Assembly (NCBI GenBank): GCA_951406725.2
Contig: OX597833.1
Span: 25,172,001 to 25,236,000, forward strand
From: Octopus vulgaris
Taxonomy: Eukaryota
DNA length: 64,000 nt
Reading direction: 5' to 3'
This document shows positions 1 through 12,480 of this stretch, in pieces (the first letter of the stretch is position 1; the number at the start of each line of letters is the position of its first letter). The position numbers were made by a program, and so were the translations under genes. The notes under the pieces were generated by a model that saw only the letters and a program-made list of their open reading frames with translations, was not told where the DNA came from and made no database searches.

Positions 1-143
1 TATGTATATGTATGTATGTATGTATATGTATGTATGTATGTATGTGTGTATGTATGTATGTGTGTGTATGTATGTGTATGTGTGTGTGTGTATGTATGTA
101 TGTATGTATGTATGTATGTATGTATGTATGTATGAGTGTATGT
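1..143. repeat. (TATG)n/(TG)n microsatellite
   Basis: Direct reading; one of dozens of (TA)n, (TATG)n, (GATA)n, (CA)n and (TTA)n tracts in the window. Confidence 0.95.
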
Positions 144-149
144 TTACTT

Positions 150-553
150 TATTACTAATTACTCTCTTCCAAGAACATTTTCACTCACTCTTAGCTCTTA
201 GCTTCCCATACATTTTACTCATATATCTATCAGCGTCATAGACAGAATACTTTCACTTTAGTCTTCCTCAAATCACTCTGTCGCTATTTACTTTCATTTT
301 ATTCGTTGCCCACTGTGTGTGTGCGTTTGCGTGTGGTGTAAACCAGACTAAGAAAAGCATTTGACACACACACCAGAATGTGAGTTTTCTGTAAATTTTG
401 CTTAATTGGAGTTTAAATTTTAAAAACTGGACCTGGCATGACGCGATGCATTGTACTCTCAAAAATGCCAGGTAAATTGTAATTGAAGAAATCCTATATT
501 GTAGATTTGTATAACTCCCAAAGGGAGGCAGATAAAATCTGCCTTTTATAATA

Positions 554-558
<5 letters not shown>
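150..558 (-). mobile_element. possible non-autonomous Helitron (5' end)
   Basis: Minus strand begins TCTCTTATTATAAAAGGCAG next to (TA)n, resembling the TC..TATAAAA 5' ends of the other Helitrons here; no clear 3' hairpin/CTAG seen. Confidence 0.35.
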
Positions 559-608
<50 letters not shown>

Positions 609-638
609 AATATATGGATATATATATAAATATATAAA

Positions 639-687
<49 letters not shown>

Positions 688-924
688 CCTAAACGTATGC
701 ATACATACATTTTCATATTCATGCCTAAAGACCTGTCAGAAGGGGTTGAATAAAGGGCTTCAAATCCCAGTCAGATCTAATTTTATAGTACAAGTTACTT
801 CACATTTTGTATTGCGACCGTCCATAAGTGATTGATTGATCTGCTTGTAATTCTTCAGATTTCTTCATATAATCACCCACAAATTGACACTGAGCTTGTT
901 AACTTTCTCTCTTTCACATTTCAG

Positions 925-954
925 GTGCATTCCGACACTTTGCAGGCTTCATAG
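925..954 (+). other. candidate 30-nt symmetric microexon
   Basis: tttctctctttcacatttcAG|GTGCATTCCGACACTTTGCAGGCTTCATAG|GTAAGA; open in two frames (xAFRHFAGFI or xCIPTLCRLH). Confidence 0.35.
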
Positions 955-1269
955 GTAAGATGTTGTGGAAACCATGTAACCAAAAAAGTATTAGTAGTTG
1001 TAGTAGTAGTAGTAGTAGTTGTTGTTGTTATTGTTTTTGTTGTCACATATGCTGTTAGTGTTGTAGTATCTACAGCTTGTTAAACGATATCAACTGATAG
1101 TCGGCCCTACCACGTTGCTTGACATTGTGTTGTTATAAGCTTTTATCAGCAAAATTCTGATTTTCAAATTCAAGTAAGTACGCGTAATTACATTCATAAT
1201 GACATTAGAAAATGGATGAAATATTATGGCTAATAATCCTTTCATGGCCAAAATATAAGACCGATTATA

Positions 1270-1512
1270 AAGATGATGATGTTGATGATGATAATGATGA
1301 TGATGTAGTCGTCGACGAATTTGATAACAACGGTGATGACAAGGATGATGATGATGATGACGACGACACTGATGCCGTGGACGGCGATGATGATAGTGAT
1401 AACCATGATGTTGTCGTCGCTGCTGCCGCAACTGCTGTTGATGCTGATGTGGAAGAGGATAGGGAAAATGAGGATTATGGTGGTGGTGAAGAAGACGAAG
1501 ACAATGATATTG
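1270..1512. repeat. degenerate (GAT)n trinucleotide tract
   Basis: GAT/GAC/GAA iterations; source of the acidic and poly-His ORFs. Confidence 0.85.
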
Positions 1513-2207
1513 TTAAAGCGTTCTTTTGATTTTAATGGCTACGAAATGCAGAAGATCAGCCACTGTGACAATTTTGAAGGCCCCGATAACTGATGCGGAG
1601 GAAAGGTGTAGATGGCAATAAAGTGGGGGGACGGAGTTATGCCGATCTTTCGGAATGGATTTTAATACAGCAAACCTGACTAAAAGCAATGTAAAGCAAA
1701 CTGTTGTTTCAAACCGGATGAAGAATTAAGTCTAGATCTTTAGCCATTCGCTTATATACGGCTCCACAGCACTTACATACATTTATGATACGTTACTTGG
1801 AATCAAGAATAGAATTACTTTGCTGAGGAAATATCTGCCAATTTTGGCGTTTCTTTGCGAAAATCGATCCAAGATTCGTCAGCCGACATAACTGGATTAT
1901 ATCACGTGACAAAGCTTTAATAGCAACAACAGGAAAACGCTTGCCATTATAGTCATTAGTGATGTAGCTTTTATTGATGTTTATCAAGAAATTTTGCTGT
2001 CTTTGGAGTATCACTTGTACGTGGTTACGACGGCTCACATCGAAGGAAAATAATCGGAGCGAATCGGATATTAAGATTAAAAGTGCATGAGTCGAGGTTC
2101 ACGTTCACTACAGGGGATTTTCCTTGTTGTGGGTGTTGGTGTTCTTTAACGTTCGATCAGCTGTGCTCGATCAAGAATTTAAAGTGTCCCAACCATGACC
2201 ATCGCTT

Positions 2208-2304
2208 CTACTTCATTTTAGACGTAGTTTTCTCTGATACTATACTGGAAATGGTAGTGTGTGATTTGAAAGAATCTTCTTGCTGCTTCTTGTTACGTAG
2301 ACTT
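2208..2304 (-). CDS. candidate terminal coding exon of minus-strand membrane-protein gene (xSLRNKKQQEDSFKSHTTISSIVSEKTTSKMK*)
   Basis: Acceptor ttttataattccattgcAG, phase-2 start, 97 nt open to TAG, Ser/Thr-rich tail, followed by unique UTR-like sequence. Confidence 0.55.
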
Positions 2305-2403
2305 CTGCAATGGAATTATAAAATAATACACACACTCACACGCGCGCTACATACGTACCTACATACATACATACATACATACATACATACATACATACAT
2401 ACA

Positions 2404-2435
<32 letters not shown>

Positions 2436-2436
<1 letters not shown>

Positions 2437-2665
2437 TCCTTTATTCTTCTACTTGTTTCTCTCACTTGGCTGCGGCCATACTGGAGCACAGCATTCAAGG
2501 GCTTTTAGTCGTAGATGTCGAACTCAGCACTTATTCTTAGTAATCCTAGTTCTTATTCTATCGAACCTTTTGTCGAACCGATAGATTATGAGAACTTAAA
2601 CACACCAATATCGGTTATCAAGCGATAGCGAAGGGACAAATACAGACACAAAAACACACACACAT
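2436..2665 (-). mobile_element. tRNA-derived SINE family A, 3' half
   Basis: Matches the 3' half of the copies at 10262 and 60930 (gctccagtatggccgcagcc, gagaaacaagtagaag). Confidence 0.8.
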
Positions 2666-2899
2666 ATATGTTATACATATATACATGTATGTATTTCTTC
2701 TTAAGTTATTATATTGGTTCTTAGATATACATTTATTCAGGTGAGAGGTTAATTAATTGTCTATCATTAGTATTTTAATACTTATGCTCGTATTTCTATG
2801 TTAGTACATGTGAATACGTGCGTATGCGTATATACTATGTATGTATGTATGTATGTATGTATATATGTATGTATTCATGTATGCATGTATGCATGTATG

Positions 2900-2948
<49 letters not shown>

Positions 2949-4189
2949 GCTCACACATATATGTATATGTCTGAGTGTGCGTGCGTATATATATATATTT
3001 TTTCCGTTCTAAAGTCATTTCATTATATCTTAAGCGTACATGCCTATTATTCAAAGGTTATCAAAGTAATTATGTTAATGATTATATTCATTACTAATTA
3101 TTATATTATAGGATTATGTGTTTATACATTCAGATATATGTTGGGATCGTGTACTTAATATTCATATTTGGGTTTCCTGTATACATCTATGATTATTACG
3201 TGGATTTATTTGGTTATTTCGTCATCAAAATTGATTTCATTGATAGATGTATAGTATTTTTATCTAAATATTTTTATCTAAATAGAAAAATTATCATTTA
3301 TAAAGCTTTGAACGAGAAACATTCAGTAACGGTACTCTAGAATAAAGATTATTTGCCGTCCTGATTAAGACGAATGATGCTGCTATCACCTTTACTCTAA
3401 AAATGTACAATCTTCTACAGTTAATTAATAGGAATCAGTACTTAATTTTGTAATTACCATCATCATTAAACAGATTTTTAAGTATTGTATAATCTAACAT
3501 AACATGGTGTATGCTATTTATGATTATTCTAGTTTAGGTTTCTAAGTAAAGTTATATTAATTATATGTAAATTTTAATTCATATCTTTCAAAAATTTGTA
3601 TTGAGATTAAAATGTATATTATTCTTTGGTTAATTAGTGCATGTCAATGCTCAGGATTATCATTACTATCATAAAGAGTATATTTAAATATTTCATAATG
3701 CAATGAGGTATATATTATTTTCATTTTTTTAAATACTACTAACCTTGCAAGTTTAATATTTATGCTTGGATTAAAAGTAGTTATATTATCTGATAGATGG
3801 TAAAGGTTCATGTTCTTTATTATTATTGAAATGAAATTCAAGCACTGTATAATATAGTATAAGCTATTTATATTTGTTATTTCCAATTATTTTAATTTCT
3901 GTTTGACCTTTAAATTAAGCCATAGTTACTATACTATTTCAGTGTTTAATGTTAGGTTTAAATTACCATCCGTTTAATAAATTTATTTAATATTCTAGAT
4001 CATATCAATATTAATTATAACAAATTATAATAGTTTAATGATTGCTTATATTTATAGCCCATTTGATACATTTTTTAGGCTTTCTAGAATCATAATAATG
4101 TTAATCATTACAAATAAAATATGCATCTTTCTACAGCCATTGAATTTACGTTTAGATGCTATAAGCTTAAATTATTACTACTTGTTTTA

Positions 4190-4428
4190 TATCCTTTACA
4201 TTCGACGGATATTTGTCCCCATCTTGTTTGTTGTTAACACAACATTTCGGCTGGTATAGCCTCAAGCAGGTGTCTTGGGAAATGTCGAAGCTGGGTTCTT
4301 ATTACTAAGGTATGTTTCGATGTTATTATTATTATCATTCAGGTCACCGCTTGGAATCGAACTCGGAATCTTGAGGTTAGTAGTACGCGCTCTTAACCAC
4401 TACGGGCTAACAACAACAACAACAACAA

Positions 4429-4465
<37 letters not shown>

Positions 4466-4660
4466 AATAATATCATCGAAAAATACATTAGGAATGAGAA
4501 CCCAGGTTTGAAATTTCCCCAAGACACCTACAAAAGGCTGGAGATTATATCAGCTGAAAAGTTGTTAACAACAAACAAGATGAGGACAAATATCTATCGA
4601 ATGTAAATAATGTAAAAAATGTACATAATTCCTCATCTCTTAAATATAGAACTGTATTGT
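4190..4660. mobile_element. fold-back element: tRNA-like head plus degenerate minimal HHR tail
   Basis: 4195-4322 is the reverse complement of 4473-4612; minus arm has tRNA-like A box TAGTGGTTAAG and B box GAGTTCGATTCC; both arms carry ACAC-CT..-GGCT..CAGCY-GAAA-NGTTGT hammerhead-like remnants. Confidence 0.65.
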
Positions 4661-4679
4661 TTTATATCCTATTTATACT

Positions 4680-5090
4680 CAGCTACAAGCTGAAAGTACT
4701 GAAGACACTGAAAATACTGGAAAGGAAACTGGAGATAGAGAGGGAAGTACTGCCCCACCAAGTAATTTTGTTGAAAGGTGGGTGAATGTTGCGAAAGTGA
4801 CTCGAGTGAATTGTCTTGCTCTGGATATACGTCTGAAAGCCGGAGCAGTTGAGGGGAAGAGGGGTACCTATCTGCCGTGCTCTTTACAGTCAGGGTGACC
4901 AGGATGTGTGTGCATGGATGGGCCCTGGGCGGAACTCCCCTGCATTGGGGAATTTTGCAGTTAGATTTTTTGGTAACTATTTTTGTTTTTTATTGTTTAC
5001 AGGTTTTCTGTGTTAAACCCTACTTATCCCTTGTTTTATAATGTCACCATATGTTTTTGTATTCGGCCCTTCCGGCCAATAAAGAAAAGA
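4680..5090 (+). mobile_element. 3' end of an L1/Tx1-like LINE
   Basis: Decayed C-terminal coding stretch (KLEIEREVL..RWVNVAK), 3' UTR, AATAAA at about 5077 and (TTA)n tail. Confidence 0.5.
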
Positions 5091-5121
<31 letters not shown>

Positions 5122-5137
5122 TATTATATCATCATCA

Positions 5138-5213
<76 letters not shown>

Positions 5214-5289
5214 TACTACTACTATTATTTATTATTTGTCTTTATCACAGATTTTGCTGGAGCTCCTGGAGTCTTGCATGCGTAGCGGG

Positions 5290-5690
5290 CTTACTACCTG
5301 CAGCCTACGGTAGTAAACTTGCTATGCATGCTATTCGTTCTTTTCAGCTATCTAATGCTTTCCCTATTATTCTGGCCGTGCCAAGGGGGGAAAGCCTATC
5401 TAACAGTTCTACTGGGCACTCTATCCAATTTCCTTTATATTCCCCATGATGCCTTCTGTTCCCAAGCATCCAACAATAGTTGGCACTATTTTCACCTCCT
5501 TCATTTTCTATAATTGGGCTATTTCGTACTTAAGAGGGTTGAATTTGTCTATCTTTTCGCCTTCCTTCTTGACTATTCGAGGGTCAACAGGGCATGTAAC
5601 ATCAACTATATAGCATATGTGGTGCATGTTGACGACCATCACCATGTCCGGTCTGTTGTCCTCTAGCACCTGATATGTTTGGATTTCTTG
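5290..5690 (-). mobile_element. R4/Dong-like LINE fragment (restriction-like endonuclease)
   Basis: NRPDMVMV..IVDVTCPVD..EKIDKFNPL (RPD..D..K RLE motif), with stops; abuts (TAA)n. Confidence 0.8.
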
Positions 5691-5699
5691 TGATGCTCT

Positions 5700-6490
5700 T
5701 ATTTTCATTGTAATTGAAAATGTTTTACGTCGGACGTGTTCGGTGCCTAGTAGTGCTACTTTTTGTATGTTATATATACTTGTAAATCCTGGTATCTTTG
5801 CCATGTATTAGTCTGAATCTTTTTTATCACCCCTAATGCACCAACTAGGATCCAACTATGATAAGAATTGTGTCCGATTTTAGGCTCCACGTTTGACTTA
5901 TCTCTATTTTCAGATCTTTGTATTTAGAAAGTTTCTCCGAAACATTGTCATCTGTTAGTATTGATACATCGATTAGAAAGCATTTTTTCTTGGTTATCTC
6001 TGACAACTATATCCGGCCTATTGACCTTAATTTCTTTATCTGTGTGTATTGGCATATACCAAAGTATGTTTGCTTTCTCATTTTCTGTGACCTTTTCTGG
6101 CGTGTGTCTATACCATGTTTTTTCTGTTGTTATTCCATAGTGTTGGCATAGCTTCCAGTGTATGTAGGTCCCAACTCTGTCGTGTCTGTGAATGTATTCC
6201 TTCTTAGCCAGAACTGGGGGGGGGGGCAGAGACAGCATGATTTATTGTCTCTTCTCCATCTCCACATATTCTGCAGTTTATCTATTTTCATTACATGGTG
6301 ATATTTGGTGGGTATGTTTTGATCTTGTGCTGTAATTAAAAGTCGGTCAGTCTCTGCTTTGAGTTCTGAGCTTCCCAGCCATTGTTCGGATTCTGTTTTG
6401 TTTATTTCTTTTCTATTTAGTTTAACCTAGTATTTGCCATGAAGGGGCTTTTCTTGCCATCATTTTGATATGATCCATTGCTGTTCTAGT
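5700..6490 (-). mobile_element. R4/Dong-like LINE 3' fragment (CCHC remnant plus RLE)
   Basis: RHDRVGTYIHWKLC..ILWYMPIHTDKEIKVNRPDIVV..IQKVALLGT; frameshifted. Confidence 0.85.
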
Positions 6491-6619
6491 TTCAGTTTGT
6501 TGCTGTTGTTGTTGTTGTTTTTGTTGTTGCTCTTCTTCTTCTTCTTCTTCTTCTTCTTCTTTTCTTCTTCTTCTTTTTCTTCTTCTTCTTCTTCTTCTTC
6601 TTCTTATTATTATTATTAT

Positions 6620-7165
6620 TGAGTGAGTGAGAGAGCAATACATGCCATCAAGGTGACACTGAGGCAAAATATACGAAGCACAGTATACCTATGATGACTA
6701 ACCATCACCAGGCACATGCATCACAGCCATATGTGATGGTCTCATATCAAGATAAACAGCGCATGACCTTGCAGTTGGGACCCAGTTAGAACTTTCTTCA
6801 GTTTGAGTAGTCAATCCCACCCAAAACGTCCATGAAAAAAGGTTGTTTAAGGATGCTGAACAAAACACCCATGTTTCCAAAGGTGAGTTATCCAAACCCC
6901 AAAGAATTCCTCTCAACACATGACTATGATGCTCTCCCGCTACTTCTTCTTATGATCAAAGATGCACATATCGTCAGCCACTAAGTGACATGCCCAATTG
7001 GTTATGGTCAAACAACTGACAAGCAAAATTGTGGTATTAAGCAGAATATTTGCTGTAGCCCATCTTTTATACCAAGACAAAACAATGTACATGATAACAC
7101 ATCCAATCAGTTAAGTCCAGAAGCTATGAGAACAACTGCCTGGTACTGCATCAGAGCATTTTATT
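6620..7165 (-). mobile_element. interspersed repeat family C (non-autonomous retroposon with (TAA)n tail)
   Basis: Recurs at 43655-44120 and in part at 61590-61775. Confidence 0.75.
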
Positions 7166-7289
7166 CTGTATCAGGGCCGTTTACTGCATCCGTTATCAGA
7201 GCATTGGTACTGCATCAGGACATTGGTATTAGATCAGGGCATTGTTATTATTGTTACTCTGAAAGACTCTCGGAAAGCAGGCAATAACA

Positions 7290-7545
7290 AATTACCAAAG
7301 GTTTCAAGTAGAGCCTTCTCCGGTGACTGAAAGAGACAATACTCTCCTTGGAATGTGTGCTGTATCCAACAATGCAGTCTTCTGGATCACTTCATGTCTG
7401 ACAGCAGCTCCACTATTCTTAATATGTTTTTCAAAGCTCTTGAACACTGCTCCTAATGCTCCAATTAGCAGCGGTATCACCATTACTTTCCTCATGCCTC
7501 ATGACTTTCCTATCTCTTCGCGCAGTGGCTGGTATTTCTTAATCT
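7290..7545 (-). mobile_element. R4/Dong-like LINE extreme 3' fragment
   Basis: KYQPLREEI..VIPLLIGALGA..IQKTALLDTAHIPRRVL; adjacent to (TAA)n. Confidence 0.8.
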
Positions 7546-7563
7546 ATTATGTTTCCGTACATT

Positions 7564-7610
<47 letters not shown>

Positions 7611-7624
7611 GATATGTATATAGT

Positions 7625-7935
7625 AAATGAAATCAACAGCAGAAGACAAAATCAAATACAGAAAACAATACGAGTACAAGGGATGTTTACAGTTAATGTT
7701 ATTAAACTGACACGCATGGAAGGAGAAAGTTATCAGCTTAAATATATAAAGCAAAAGTATAAGGTCTCGGACACAGTCCTTCGACGGTTCTACAGTATAA
7801 AATCCAGTGAATAGGAGAAAATAACGAAGGAAAAGAAATAGGAAAAAATAACACGTGGGCATCTCACATGTTCGATTTTAGACATACAGTGAGTGTCAGG
7901 GGTAATTGTGGGTTTGAATGGGAGGAGTGTGCTAA
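7625..7935 (-). mobile_element. pLTR-like repeat with degenerate hammerhead
   Basis: Minus strand GTAGAA CCGTCGA A GGAC TGT GTCC GAGA CC TTATAC at about 7757-7796. Confidence 0.35.
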
Positions 7936-8094
7936 CACACATACGTATAAATATGTGTATATCACACACGTACAAACGCACACGCACGTACGCGCGCACA
8001 CACATACATACACACATGTAGATACATATGTATGTATATATGTATTTATTATATATATACATATTTGTGTGTGTGTGTGTATATGTATGTATGT

Positions 8095-8157
<63 letters not shown>

Positions 8158-8257
8158 CATACATACATACATACATACATAATACATAGATATAGATATA
8201 GATTCTCCGTATACAATGCACTTCATAGTGCTCAAGATGTTTAAGCTTGAACAGTTA

Positions 8258-8830
8258 GAGGAGTAAATATAAGGATTAGCAAGTTACGTAAGCCGATATA
8301 TATTTAATACAAAAAATATGCATATGTTTACATATAAAAAGGTTTGACTTATTCAGAACAGGAATTAACGGAGTTGAATAAGAGCTTTATGTGTTGGACC
8401 TTTTTATATGTAAACATATGTAGATTTTTGTATTAAATGTATTTAATATTCTTTGTCCATCGAACTGCCTAACTTGCTTATCCTTACATTTACTCTTCTC
8501 TCTCTCTCTCTCTCGCTCACTCTCTCTTTCTCTCTTTCTCTCTTTCTCTTTTTCTCTCTCTCTCTTTCTCTCTCACGTCTTGGCTTAACAGCCCTCACCG
8601 TTTGTTTTTACTGTCTACTCACTGTCCTGTTCTTGTTACTACTTTCACCCCGCGCAAAAAATCCCAAGTAGATGAAACGGACAACTGATGAAGGGGGAAT
8701 ATCCTTTATGCTGTGTGTCTCATTTCTCTGTTTGTTTTTTTTTCGTTGTTCGAAAAAATTCGTTTTCTATGTTTTTGTTTTTAAGTTTTCGTTTCTCATT
8801 GTTTTCAACGTTTTTTGATGTCCTGATATA
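8258..8830 (+). mobile_element. repeat family D with 5' fold-back
   Basis: 8258-8343 is inverted relative to 8397-8497; body shares ggcttaNcagccct and gtagatgaaac..actgaNgaagggg with the copy at 36850-37505. Confidence 0.6.
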
Positions 8831-8921
8831 CACACACACATATATATATATACATGTATATATATATACATGTATGTACATATATGTATGTATGTGTGCA
8901 TATATATATATATATTATTTA

Positions 8922-9730
8922 TCTCTCTATATATAAAACTGAGAATGTGTGTCTGTCTGTCTGTGTTTTTCCCTAAAACTTGAGAACTACACAACCAATT
9001 TCATTCAAATTTTACACATGCCTTACTTAACGTCCGGGGAGTGTCATCGGCAAAAATAACTTTTTACTTTTTGCCTAGGGCGAGCCCACAGCAATATCAT
9101 ATCTTCTCCACTACGATTCCCTAAAACTTGAGAACTGCACAACCAATTTCATTCAAATTTTACACCTGCCTTACTTAGGGTCCATGTAGTTTCATGGGCA
9201 AAAAAAATGTTCAACTTCTTGCCTGGGGCGAGCCCATAGCAATATCATATCTTCTCCACTATTTCAGTATTACGTGTTAAAAGTGAAACAAAAACATTTC
9301 TCTATTTTATGTCAGATACTTTCACTTTAACAATAAAAATATTGATAACAATTGAATTATATGTAGTAAGTAATAATTAAGATCAAACTAAAGTATAATA
9401 TAATCGTAACATAACAAAAGTAAAAATAGCAATTGGTATAAAATTGCATCAATGACTTGAACTTGAATAAGTTGTTTCACATGAATAGGAATAAATTAAA
9501 AATAAAATTAGCGTGCAGAAATGGAATAGTCCTACAATTCCAGTTTGTTATATGTTTTCAGTATTGTTATCACTAGCGATATCAAGATATAACTTTGTAT
9601 TTTGTATTTTATGTGTAGATGTATATATATATATATAAAGATGTACATGTAATATGTACACGTATATATATATACACATATATACATGCGCTAGCACCAT
9701 GACACGGGCAAAGACGGGTCATAATGCTAG
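8922..9730 (+). mobile_element. non-autonomous Helitron
   Basis: 5' a|TCTCTCTATATATAAAAC; 3' hairpin atgacacg..cgggtcat then CTAG|t; internal tandem duplication of about 150 bp (8970/9118). Confidence 0.8.
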
Positions 9731-10261
9731 TATTATATATATATACATTTGTGTGTGTATGTGTGTACTAGTACAATATTCGTCCTCGCGCTGTCTGAAA
9801 ATGTGGTCTTACTGCAGACGTATTCGGTTTAATAGAGCATTGTTAAATTTTTATTGTAAGAAACGGAATTATCATCCAATATGTGGCTAGCTGTGTGAAC
9901 CGTCCAGCACCTAGCGGTCTGTATGACACATGCATTCTTAATTTCATGATTAATCTGTGTAAATGACATATATCAAATGAATAAAACTAAGAAAGAACAA
10001 AAGATTAAGTAAACATGAAAATAAATGCGAAAATATTTTCACTGAATATCTTAGTTTTCTTATTGTTCAATTGTTAAAAATACTGGAAACCTATAGATAC
10101 AGAAGTGTCAGGTGGAAATTATATTATTTCATATCCACTCATGGGAATAAAATCATTATTATAACGTGCGGAAGCAGAAGAGTATTGAAGGAACCCAAAC
10201 AGCTCAGTAATGGTATTGCAATATATGCATTGATAAAAATGTTATATTTTATTTCCATAGA

Positions 10262-10660
10262 CGTAGGAGTGGCTGTGTGGTAAGTAGCTTGCTTACGAAC
10301 CACGTGATTCCGGGTTCAGTCCCAGTACGTGGCATCTTGGACAAGTGTCTTATAGCCTCGGATCGACCAAAGCCTTGTCTGTGGATTTGTTAGACGGAAA
10401 CTGAAAGAAGCCCATCGTATATATGTGTGTGTGTGTGTGTGTGTTGTGTGTTTGTCCCCCCAACATCGCTTCACAACTGATGCTGGTGTGTTTACCTCCC
10501 CGTAAGTTAGCGCTTCAGCCAAAGAGACCAATAGAATAAGTGGTAGGCTAAAAACGAATAAGTACTTGGGTTGATTTGTGCGATGAAAGGTAGTGCTCCA
10601 GCTTGGCCGCAGTGACATGACTGAAACAAATAAAAGAGTAAAATAATAAAAGAATAAGAG
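10262..10660 (+). mobile_element. tRNA-derived SINE family A (full length)
   Basis: Head tggctgtgtggtaag..ccgggttcagtccc, internal (TG)n, tail gtaaaagag repeats; about 15 copies or fragments in window. Confidence 0.9.
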
Positions 10661-10737
10661 GAGCTGTGGTATAAAGGACCGTGTATGATAATACGTCTAT
10701 GCAAATCATAGCCCTACAAATTTTGAATGTGGCCATC

Positions 10738-10977
10738 TTTTATTCTTTTATTCGTTTCAGTCATTTGATAGCGGCTATGCTGGAGCATTGCCTTTAGTCG
10801 AACAAATCGACCACAGGACTCATTCTTTGTAAGCCTAATGCTTATTTTATAGGTCTCTTTTGCCGAACGACAAAGTTACGGGGAAGTAAACACGCCAGCA
10901 TCGGTTGTCAAGCAATGGTGGCGTGACAAACACAGACACACAAACGTACGCACGCACGCACGCATACACACACACAA

Positions 10978-11010
<33 letters not shown>

Positions 11011-11168
11011 AGCCCGGCTTCTCTCAGTCTCCGTGTACCAAATCTACTCACAAGGCTTTGACCGGCCCGAGGCTATAGTAGAAAACCCTTACCAAAGATG
11101 CCACGCAGTGGAATTGAACCCGAAACCATGTGGTTGGTAAACAAGCTACTTACGACAAAGCCACTCCT
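10738..11168 (-). mobile_element. SINE family A (full length, inverted relative to 10262 copy)
   Basis: Reverse complement of family A consensus. Confidence 0.9.
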
Positions 11169-11590
11169 CAACACGTTTGTATATAAATCATTTGCTTTAC
11201 GAACACGCTCATAAAGAAGTCAATAGGGCTCCCAACTCTTAAGTATACTTCATAAAATTGGCTGTAAGCAGAACAGGATTCTTCAAGATGCAAAATCAGC
11301 AGTATTCAGTGTTTACCCTCGAAATTTATACGTTCAAATAACAAACCTGGATATTCCTGGATGAACATATGAATAGAATGCTTATTAAACATTTATAGTC
11401 TTGAACCTAAATCTTCTTAAATATGGCATAGCCATGATAATCAGCATTATTGTGGATATGTCTTTTAACTAAAGCTTTTGTTGTTGTATAACTGAAAGTT
11501 CTAATTTTAATACTCTGGACTATTTCTATCTGATCCACAGCAATTTTTATATTGATTCGAATATTTCCAGTAAATGCTTGAAACAGGTAT

Positions 11591-11990
11591 TACTCTTTTA
11601 CTATTTTACTTGTTTCAGTGATTTGACTGGAGCACCGCCTTTAGTCGAGCAAATCGACCCCATGACTTATTCTTTGTAAGCCTAGTACTTATTCTATCGG
11701 TCTCTTTTGCCGAACTGCTAAGTTACGGGGACGTAAACACACTACCATCGGTTGTCAAGCGATGTTGGGCAAACACATACACACAAACACATACACACAT
11801 ATACATATATAAACATATATGCGACGGGCTTCTTTCAGTTTCCGTCTACCAAATCTACTCACAAGGCTTTGGTCGACCCGCGGCTATAGTAGAAGACAAT
11901 TGCCCAAGGTGCCACGTAGTGAGACTGAACCCGGAACCATGTGGCTGGTAAACAAGCTACTTACCACACAGTCATTCCTATGCCTATAGC
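11591..11990 (-). mobile_element. SINE family A
   Basis: Reverse complement of family A consensus. Confidence 0.9.
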
Positions 11991-12292
11991 TACTTATCAC
12001 ACAGCTACTCTTATAGTTTAATTTGTACTCAGAATATTTTTTGAACAGCCACTTCTGTTTTAATTAATGGTGTTGCAGCTTGATATTAACCGGAACATTT
12101 GATTGGAGCTGGATCCATGGCTCAGTGCTGTTAGAAAGGAAATTCCGCGTCCAATGCGTGACAACTCTAAAAAGACTGATTCTGATGTTGCAGAGGCTTT
12201 GATGATTTTAGAATTTTGTTCCCTTTGGAATCAGTGGCTGGATCTGACAACATCATTGTTGCCACTATCATTTATGGTCTATTGTTACACAA

Positions 12293-12480
12293 GGCGTAGG
12301 GGTGGCTGTGTGGTAAGTAGCTATACGCGTAGGAGTTACTGTGTGGTAAGTAACTTGCTTACCAACCGCATGGTTCCGGGTGCAGTCCCTCTGCGTGGCA
12401 CCTTGGGCAATTGTCTTCTACTATAGCCCCGGGTCGACCACAGTCAAATGACTGAAATAAGTAAAAGAGTAAAAGAGTAA
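12293..12480 (+). mobile_element. SINE family A, internally deleted, duplicated head
   Basis: Head repeated twice, then jumps to 3' tail. Confidence 0.8.

Noticed and set aside
1212-1529. 105-aa ORF with hydrophobic start and Asp-rich body, superficially like an acidic secreted protein
   Set aside because: Explained by a degenerate (GAT)n tract; similar tracts occur at 15990 and 62540; no splice or family support
3400-4190. Very AT-rich stretch resembling a mitochondrial insertion
   Set aside because: No recognisable mitochondrial gene or tRNA motif
4337-4406. Functional tRNA gene (also 17850-17915 and 35630-35700)
   Set aside because: Acceptor stems do not pair and the heads run into repeat bodies; they are SINE heads
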